Source: a candidate division WOR-3 bacterium (GTDB taxonomy: Bacteria > Hydrothermota > Tepidihabitantia > Tepidihabitantales > Tepidihabitantaceae). Taken from it: a stretch of 21,448 nt of DNA. The translations under genes were made by a program, and so were the position numbers. The stretch lies in assembly GCA_039801225.1 (NCBI GenBank), contig JBDRUH010000022.1:1-21448 (forward strand), read 5' to 3'. Of the stretch, positions 15,839 through 21,448 are shown piece after piece; position 1 is the first letter of the stretch, and each line of letters begins with the position of its first letter. The notes beneath the pieces are model-generated. The model worked only from the letters and a program-made list of their open reading frames with translations, did not search any database and had not been told where the DNA came from.

Positions 15839-16741
15839 ATGACTGTTATCCTCTTTGCGTTGAGTCTGGTAACAATTTACCCCGGTGCCGGAACCGCTGG
15901 GTTTGACTTTCTCCACATATCTCCTACCGCTCGAGAGGCGGCCCTTGCTGGTGCGGCGGTATCCCGACCCCAGGGGGCAATGGGATTTTTCTACAACCCG
16001 GCAATCCTCTCTCAGGGGGGCACTAACAATGGCGAACTGACCTATATCAACTACCCGGCTGGAATTCATCTCGGCTCGGTCGGTTATGTTCAACCCCTTG
16101 GGACAAATAAAGGGGTTGGTATCGGGATATTTTACCTTAATTCCGGAACGATAAAACGCACCAACGACCAGGGTGAAGAAATGGGCACTTTTGGTAGTTC
16201 TTATCTCAACCTGAATTTGAGTGGTGGGTTGCGGATTATTGACCGCCTCGCACTGGGGCTCGCCTTCTCCGGTCTTTACGGCGCAATTGATACCTTCTTT
16301 TCCTTGGGCGTTGCTGGTAACTTAGGCATAACTTACGAAATTCCAGATTATCACATCCATTTTGGTTTTGCGGCAAGTAATCTCGGGGTTGAGGTAAAGA
16401 CATTCGGCGGTTATCGTAATCCGTTGCCCCTGGAGATTGCTTTAGGCGCCTCCTGGGAGCCAATTACGGCGCTGAATTTGAACGCCAGTATCCACAAGCC
16501 GATTGACAACCGATGGAACTTTCGCGCCGGGATTGAAGGGTGGGTAAATGAGTATCTGGTCCTGCGTGGTGGTTATTACTCTTTAGGCGCCGACCTAGCG
16601 TATGGCGGTGGCGGCGATGTCCTCGCTGGTTTTACCACCGGACTCGGTATCCGATATCAACGGTACCAGATTGACTATGCTTTTATCCCGATGGTTGTCC
16701 TTGGCATTACCCATCGGCTATCGCTCTCCTTTTCTCTCTAA
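15839..16741 (+). CDS. PorV/PorQ-family outer-membrane beta-barrel protein
   Basis: Signal-like N-terminus, GFDFLHISPTAREAALAGA, FYNPA, alternating beta-strand pattern, GIE...LRGGY, IDYAF...G.THRLSLSFSL. Confidence 0.8.
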   Translation: MTVILFALSLVTIYPGAGTAGFDFLHISPTAREAALAGAAVSRPQGAMGFFYNPAILSQGGTNNGELTYINYPAGIHLGSVGYVQPLGTNKGVGIGIFYLNSGTIKRTNDQGEEMGTFGSSYLNLNLSGGLRIIDRLALGLAFSGLYGAIDTFFSLGVAGNLGITYEIPDYHIHFGFAASNLGVEVKTFGGYRNPLPLEIALGASWEPITALNLNASIHKPIDNRWNFRAGIEGWVNEYLVLRGGYYSLGADLAYGGGGDVLAGFTTGLGIRYQRYQIDYAFIPMVVLGITHRLSLSFSL

Positions 16742-16756
16742 GGGTTTGCCTAATCG

Positions 16757-17710
16757 ATGAAACGGCAGTTTGTGAAAGACTTGAAACCGGGTATGCTGGT
16801 TAACGACATCTTTTTCTGTGCCCGAATGGATTTAAAAGAACGGCGCGATGGTGGTCGGTTTCTCACCTTTGAACTCCGGGACCGAACCGGCAGTTTATCA
16901 GCAATTATGTGGGATAATATTGAAGACGCTCTAAACTACATCGCCAGCGGGGCCTTCTGCCACATTCAGGGTAAGGTGAGCGACTATCAGGGTAGAATGC
17001 AGGTTACCGCCAGCGCCCTTTTCCCGGTGGAGCCCGCCCAGGTCTCTCGAGAAGACTTTATTGCTGTTACCCCGTTTAATCGTACCGTACTATTAGAAGA
17101 ACTGCGTGCCCGCATCAGCCGGATTAAAAACAATTACCTGCATGCCTTGCTTGAGGCATTCTTCACCGACCAAAAGTTTGCCGAAGAGTTTGTTATTGCC
17201 CCGGCGGGGGCCAGAGTTCATCACGCCTATTTAGGCGGTCTCTTAGAGCATACCGTGATGATGTGCCGATTAGCAGAGTACTTGCCCGAGATTTACCCGG
17301 AAATTGACCCAGACCTTCTCTTGACCGGTGTGGTGCTGCACGATATTGGGAAAGTGCGTGAATACTCTTTTGAACTGGTGATTGACCATACCGATGCCGG
17401 TAAACTCCTTGGGCACATCGTCATCGGCTATGAGATGGTAAAAGAAAAAATTGCCCAGATTAAAGACTTTCCAACAGAACTCGCTCAGATGGTTCTCCAT
17501 ATGATCCTTGCCCATCACGGCGAACACGCCTACGGCTCGCCCAAGACACCGAAATTCCCCGAAGCGTTTTTGGTCTTTGCCCTTGACTATCTTGACTCCC
17601 GCCTAGCGATTTTCCGTTCGGCAATGGCGCGTAATAAAAGGGTTAAGTGGACCGACTTCAATGAGTACCTAGAGACCGACATCTACATCAAAAACCATCC
17701 AGATACCTGA
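16757..17710 (+). CDS. yhaM: 3'-5' exoribonuclease YhaM family (OB fold + HD domain)
   Basis: LRDRTG...W OB fold, APAGARVHHAYLGGLLEHT, LHDIGK, GKLLGHI, HMILAHHG..YGSP..P..PEA, DYLDSR. Confidence 0.9.
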   Translation: MKRQFVKDLKPGMLVNDIFFCARMDLKERRDGGRFLTFELRDRTGSLSAIMWDNIEDALNYIASGAFCHIQGKVSDYQGRMQVTASALFPVEPAQVSREDFIAVTPFNRTVLLEELRARISRIKNNYLHALLEAFFTDQKFAEEFVIAPAGARVHHAYLGGLLEHTVMMCRLAEYLPEIYPEIDPDLLLTGVVLHDIGKVREYSFELVIDHTDAGKLLGHIVIGYEMVKEKIAQIKDFPTELAQMVLHMILAHHGEHAYGSPKTPKFPEAFLVFALDYLDSRLAIFRSAMARNKRVKWTDFNEYLETDIYIKNHPDT

Positions 17711-18362
17711 TTTTCTAACTTTCACCTCAGCAGGCGCCCAACTGGGAGTAACGCTCACCGAAACCCATTACCATCGCTTAATCCGCTATGCCTATCTGAT
17801 CAAGAAATGGAACGCCAAAGTCAATTTAATTTCCCGTAAAGATATTCAGCGGATTTTCACCTATCACATCATTGACTCAATTGCGGTTGCGCCACTGATA
17901 CCGTTCAACGCCCGCAGTTTTGATTTTGGCTCTGGTGCCGGTCTGCCGGGAATTCCTTTAACGATTATCCGCCCCGACCTTAATATGCTCCTGATTGAAT
18001 CGGTAAAAAAGAAATGCCGATTTTTGCAACTGGCGATTACTGAACTAAACCTCGGGAATGCGCAGGTTCTTTGCGAGCGCGCCGAGGTGCTTCAACCGCT
18101 GAACTGCGACATTATATTAAGTCGGCTTACCGGCCCCTGGGACAAGACCCTGAGATACGCCGTTCGCCATCTCAAACCTAGTGGCGCAATTATCCTTTAT
18201 AAGAACCCCAATGTTTTAGAGAAAATTAACGAAAAATTACTTCAGAAACTCAATCTCGCCATCAGCCGCACCATTGACTTAAAGTTACCCCTTTCCTCTG
18301 TTCCCCGCCGTTTCGTGGTCCTCAATTCCAGCAGCGGTGGGCCGTTGGAGGACACGATTTGA
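17703..18362 (+). CDS. rsmG: 16S rRNA m7G527 methyltransferase RsmG (GidB), start codon non-canonical or uncertain
   Basis: The frame upstream of the ORF-track ATG 17985 encodes KWNAKVNLIS, HIIDS, DFGSGAGLPGIPL, then LIESVKKK, RAE. No ATG/GTG/TTG between the in-frame TAG at 17670 and 17985. Confidence 0.88.
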   Translation: MPDFLTFTSAGAQLGVTLTETHYHRLIRYAYLIKKWNAKVNLISRKDIQRIFTYHIIDSIAVAPLIPFNARSFDFGSGAGLPGIPLTIIRPDLNMLLIESVKKKCRFLQLAITELNLGNAQVLCERAEVLQPLNCDIILSRLTGPWDKTLRYAVRHLKPSGAIILYKNPNVLEKINEKLLQKLNLAISRTIDLKLPLSSVPRRFVVLNSSSGGPLEDTI

Positions 18363-18387
18363 CTTATTTTTAGCCAGCAAGTATAAT
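18359..18387 (+). promoter_or_regulatory. Near-consensus sigma70 promoter for rpmA
   Basis: TTGACT, 17-nt spacer, TATAAT. Confidence 0.8.
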
Positions 18388-18427
18388 TTTACCTTAAGCA
18401 AAACTTTTGAATTTTAAAGGAGTAATT

Positions 18428-18697
18428 ATGGCGCGTAAAAAAGGTGGTGGAACAGCAAAAAACGGCCGGGACAGTGCCGGTCAAAGGCTTGGTGTAAAGG
18501 TGTTTGCCAGCCAGCGGGTCCGGGCGGGAAATATTATTGTCCGGCAACGCGGCACCCGGTTTCTTCCCGGCAAAAATGTTGGACGAGGAAGGGATGATAC
18601 CCTTTTTGCCCTAACTGACGGTGTCGTTCAATTTGAGTGGATGAGCCGGGATAAGAAGCGGGTCTTAGTTATCCCTGCTCCTGAAAGGAGAAATTGA
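18428..18697 (+). CDS. rpmA: 50S ribosomal protein bL27
   Basis: [57 protein letters not shown] before ATG 18428. Confidence 0.97.
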   Translation: MARKKGGGTAKNGRDSAGQRLGVKVFASQRVRAGNIIVRQRGTRFLPGKNVGRGRDDTLFALTDGVVQFEWMSRDKKRVLVIPAPERRN

Positions 18698-18710
18698 CCA
18701 TCACATCCCT

Positions 18711-18736
18711 ATCATTCCGAGCGGAGCCCAGGCATC
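18711..18736. repeat. Half copy of the REP-like element
   Basis: ATCATTCCGAGCGGAGCCCAGGCATC, sharing 15 bp in inverted orientation with 15679-15693. Confidence 0.55.
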
Positions 18737-18782
18737 TTTTTCTTTGCAAACTTTGGCCAGGCTTAAAAGATAAGGAGGAGCG

Positions 18783-19439
18783 ATGAGGATTAAGTGGTTA
18801 GGGCATGCGGCGTTTCTCTTTACCGCCGAAGATGGCACAAAGATACTTACCGACCCCTATGTTCCAGGGGCTTATGATGGCGCAGTGGGCTATTCACCGA
18901 TAAATGAGAAGGCAGATTTAGTAACGGTGAGCCACGACCATGCTGATCACAACGGCACAAACCAACTGCCGGGCTCTCCCCAAATTATTAAAGGGAAAGG
19001 CACCTGGACCGTAAAAGGAATAAAAATTACCGGCATCGGGACATTCCACGACCATAAAGGGGGCAGGGAACGGGGAGTAAATACCGTTTTTGTTTATGAG
19101 ATTGAGCAATTGCGACTGGTCCATTTGGGCGACCTAGGGCATATACCTGATGAGGCGACAGCAAAATCAATTGGTCGGGTTGATATCCTTTTAATTCCGG
19201 TGGGCGGGACATTTACTATTGATGCCAAGGAGGCACGCCAGGTTGTTGACTTACTTAAACCGCGCCTGGTGATTCCAATGCACTATAAGACACCTAAGTT
19301 GGGCTTTGCCATCGCTGGCGTTGAGGAGTTTCTAAAACTGTCTTCCGAAGTGAAAAGGACCGGTCAGTCAGAAGTTGCGCTTTCCCCTACCAACCTGCCG
19401 GAGAAAACCGAAACCTGGGTGTTGGTCCCAGCACTTTGA
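18783..19439 (+). CDS. MBL-fold metal-dependent hydrolase (UPF0173/Lactamase_B_3-like)
   Basis: Motifs IKWLGHAAF, TDPY, SHDHADH (HxHxDH), HLGDLG, IPVGG, IPMHY. SD AAGGAGG. Confidence 0.9.
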   Translation: MRIKWLGHAAFLFTAEDGTKILTDPYVPGAYDGAVGYSPINEKADLVTVSHDHADHNGTNQLPGSPQIIKGKGTWTVKGIKITGIGTFHDHKGGRERGVNTVFVYEIEQLRLVHLGDLGHIPDEATAKSIGRVDILLIPVGGTFTIDAKEARQVVDLLKPRLVIPMHYKTPKLGFAIAGVEEFLKLSSEVKRTGQSEVALSPTNLPEKTETWVLVPAL

Positions 19440-20284
19440 AGATGCGCTATATCCCCTTTGCCACCATCCGTGACACCGTAGCAAGACTCTGTATTGAAGC
19501 CAACTGCCTGTTAGGCGAAGATGTGGTCAACGCCTTTGAGGCGGCGCTGAAAATTGAGGAGTCGGCTACGGGCAGGGAAATATTAAAACAACTACTACAG
19601 AACCAGGAGATCGCCCGAAAGGAGATGATGCCCATCTGTCAGGATACCGGCTGGGCGGTAGTCTGGGTGGAAATGGGCTCCGAGGTAAAAATTGAGGGCG
19701 GTGAACTGAACGAGGCAATTCAAGAGGGGGTGGCAAAAGGTTATACTGAAGGCTATCTGCGTAAGTCAATTGTGGCTGACCCCTTGCGCCGGAAAAATAC
19801 CAATAACAATACACCGGCGATAATCTGGACCGAAATTGTTCCCGGCGACCATCTGAAGATTACCGTTCAACCCAAGGGTGGCGGTAGCGAAAATATGAGT
19901 GAGGTAAAGATGCTCTCTGCCGCCGATGGGGTTGCCGGAATCAAGAAATTTGTTGTTGAGCGGGTATGGCGATCTCAGGCAAACCCCTGCCCGCCGGTGC
20001 TTGTTGGCGTCGGCATTGGCGGGACATTTGAGAAGTGTGCTCAGTTAGCAAAAAAGGCGCTTTTAAGGGAAATCGGCTCAGTCCATCCCGACCCATTCTA
20101 TGCCCAACTGGAAAAGGAACTGTTACAAGAAATCAACCAATTAGGTATCGGACCGCAGGGGTTTGGCGGTCGGATAACTGCACTGGCGGTGTTTATAGAG
20201 GCGTTCCCCTGTCATATTGCCACCCTTCCCTGTGCGGTGAACCTCAATTGCCATGCGGCAAGGCACAAAACTGTAGTTTTTTAG
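19436..20284 (+). CDS. Class I Fe-S fumarate hydratase alpha subunit (two-subunit FumA/TtdA family)
   Basis: Motifs PICQDTG, GYLRKS, NTPA, KGGGSEN, PCPP, GIGPQGFGG, PCHIA, CHAARH. Start is TTG 19436 or ATG 19442. Confidence 0.92.
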   Translation: MKMRYIPFATIRDTVARLCIEANCLLGEDVVNAFEAALKIEESATGREILKQLLQNQEIARKEMMPICQDTGWAVVWVEMGSEVKIEGGELNEAIQEGVAKGYTEGYLRKSIVADPLRRKNTNNNTPAIIWTEIVPGDHLKITVQPKGGGSENMSEVKMLSAADGVAGIKKFVVERVWRSQANPCPPVLVGVGIGGTFEKCAQLAKKALLREIGSVHPDPFYAQLEKELLQEINQLGIGPQGFGGRITALAVFIEAFPCHIATLPCAVNLNCHAARHKTVVF

Positions 20285-20290
20285 GTAAAT

Positions 20291-20857
20291 ATGTCAACTT
20301 CTGTAAAAAAATCCATAACCACCCCGCTAACTGATGAGGTTGTGCGCAGTCTGCGTTCTGGCGATTCGGTGCTCCTTTCTGGGGTAATTTATACCGCCCG
20401 GGACCTGGCACATCAGCGGTTGGTTAATGCCTTGGAGCAGGGCGAGGCGCTGCCCTTTGATATTAAGGGAGCGGTTATTTACTATGTTGGTCCGAGTCCT
20501 GCAAAACCGGGTAAGGTAATCGGCGCTTGCGGTCCGACCACCTCATATCGGATGGACTCCTATACCCCCAGTTTGCTAAAAGCCGGGCTCAAAGGGATGA
20601 TTGGTAAAGGTAACCGCAGCCCAGCGGTTGTTGAGGCGCTCAAAAAATTTTGCGGGGTCTACTTTGCGGCGGTGGGTGGTGCTGCGGCATTACTTGCCCA
20701 GCGAGTCAAAAATGCAAGACTCATCGCCTATGAGGACCTCGGTCCCGAAGCGGTTCAGGAGTTGTTAGTGGAAGAACTCCCATTGTTTGTGGTGAATGAC
20801 TGTTATGGTGTCGACCTGTATCAAGAAGGTGTGAAGCAATACAAAAAGGAAAGGTGA
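20291..20857 (+). CDS. Class I Fe-S fumarate hydratase beta subunit (TtdB family)
   Basis: Motifs LSGVIYTARDLAHQR, YYVGPSP, GPTTSYRM, MIGKG, GGAAAL, EDLGPEA. Confidence 0.93.
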   Translation: MSTSVKKSITTPLTDEVVRSLRSGDSVLLSGVIYTARDLAHQRLVNALEQGEALPFDIKGAVIYYVGPSPAKPGKVIGACGPTTSYRMDSYTPSLLKAGLKGMIGKGNRSPAVVEALKKFCGVYFAAVGGAAALLAQRVKNARLIAYEDLGPEAVQELLVEELPLFVVNDCYGVDLYQEGVKQYKKER

Positions 20858-20860
20858 ACG

Positions 20861-21448
20861 ATGGCAAGAGCGAGAAAAAAGCAACAAGCGACACCGGCGA
20901 ATATAGCGCCGGTTGCCGATTTGGTTACCATTTATGTAATGGGTGAGGCCTACCGGGTGCCAAGGGAATTGACAATTATGAAGGCAATGGAGTTTGCCGG
21001 GTTTCGGTTTATCCGTGGCTGTGGCTGTCGGGGCGGATTCTGCGGTGCCTGCGGCACAGTCTATCGCACCCGTGACTCTTATAAGTTAAAGGTGGGGCTT
21101 GCCTGCCAGACGGTGGTTGAAGACGGTATGTTTTTAACCCAAATCCCATTTTATCCGGCGAATAAAAAACTCTACGATTTAAAAACACTCGCCGCTGATA
21201 CCCAGGTTCTGGTCAAAATTTATCCTGAGATAATGCGCTGCATCGCCTGCAACTCCTGCACGAAAATCTGCCCGCAGGATATTGATGTGATGGGTTACAT
21301 TCAGGCGGCGATTCGCGGCGATATCGCCAAAGTGGCGGATATGTCCTTTGACTGCATTATGTGCGGCCTATGTGCCAGCCGCTGCCCGGCGGAAATAGTC
21401 CACTACAATGTCGCGCTACTCGCCCGGCGGCTCTATGGAGCGAAAATT
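20861..21448 (+). CDS. SdhB/FrdB-like iron-sulfur protein ([2Fe-2S] + 2x[4Fe-4S]), runs off the window end
   Basis: Manual translation from ATG 20861 gives GCGCRGGFCGACG...LACQ, CIACNSCTKICP and CIMCGLCASRCP. No stop before 21448, so it is absent from the ORF track. Confidence 0.85.
   Translation, partial: MARARKKQQATPANIAPVADLVTIYVMGEAYRVPRELTIMKAMEFAGFRFIRGCGCRGGFCGACGTVYRTRDSYKLKVGLACQTVVEDGMFLTQIPFYPANKKLYDLKTLAADTQVLVKIYPEIMRCIACNSCTKICPQDIDVMGYIQAAIRGDIAKVADMSFDCIMCGLCASRCPAEIVHYNVALLARRLYGAKI

Noticed and set aside
17687..17697. -1 frameshift at C AAA AAC linking yhaM to rsmG
   Set aside because: rsmG is in the +1 frame relative to yhaM, so a -1 slip would not reach it.

Overview
Housekeeping and metabolic region of a diderm, probably anaerobic bacterium. 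The PorV-like and FlgD-Ig-type proteins suggest an FCB-related lineage such as WOR-3, but this is inference only. Minus strand: pruA/rocA, an arginine-synthetase (ArcE/COG2403)-like ATPase, and archaeal/eukaryotic-type pheS-pheT. Then come an M23 peptidase, a lamin-tail/FlgD-Ig secreted protein, two glycosyltransferases, a PLP trans-sulfuration lyase, a DUF3108-like gene with manC and rdgB, tRNA-Pro(UGG) and tRNA-Arg(UCU), porV-like, yhaM, rsmG, rpmA, an MBL hydrolase, a two-subunit class I fumarase and a truncated SdhB/FrdB-like Fe-S protein. Main points of interest: (1) a dispersed 7-bp repeat (GGCTGHC/GGCTATC) inserted in-frame in pheS, rdgB and the DUF3108-like gene, with stop-generating variants absent from the phase where they would terminate translation; (2) other heptamer/hexamer repeats forming inverted pairs around pheT and in leaders; (3) four envelope genes with leaderless promoter architecture; (4) a full-length rsmG frame with no canonical start codon; (5) a divergent ArcE-like enzyme coupled to P5C dehydrogenase.
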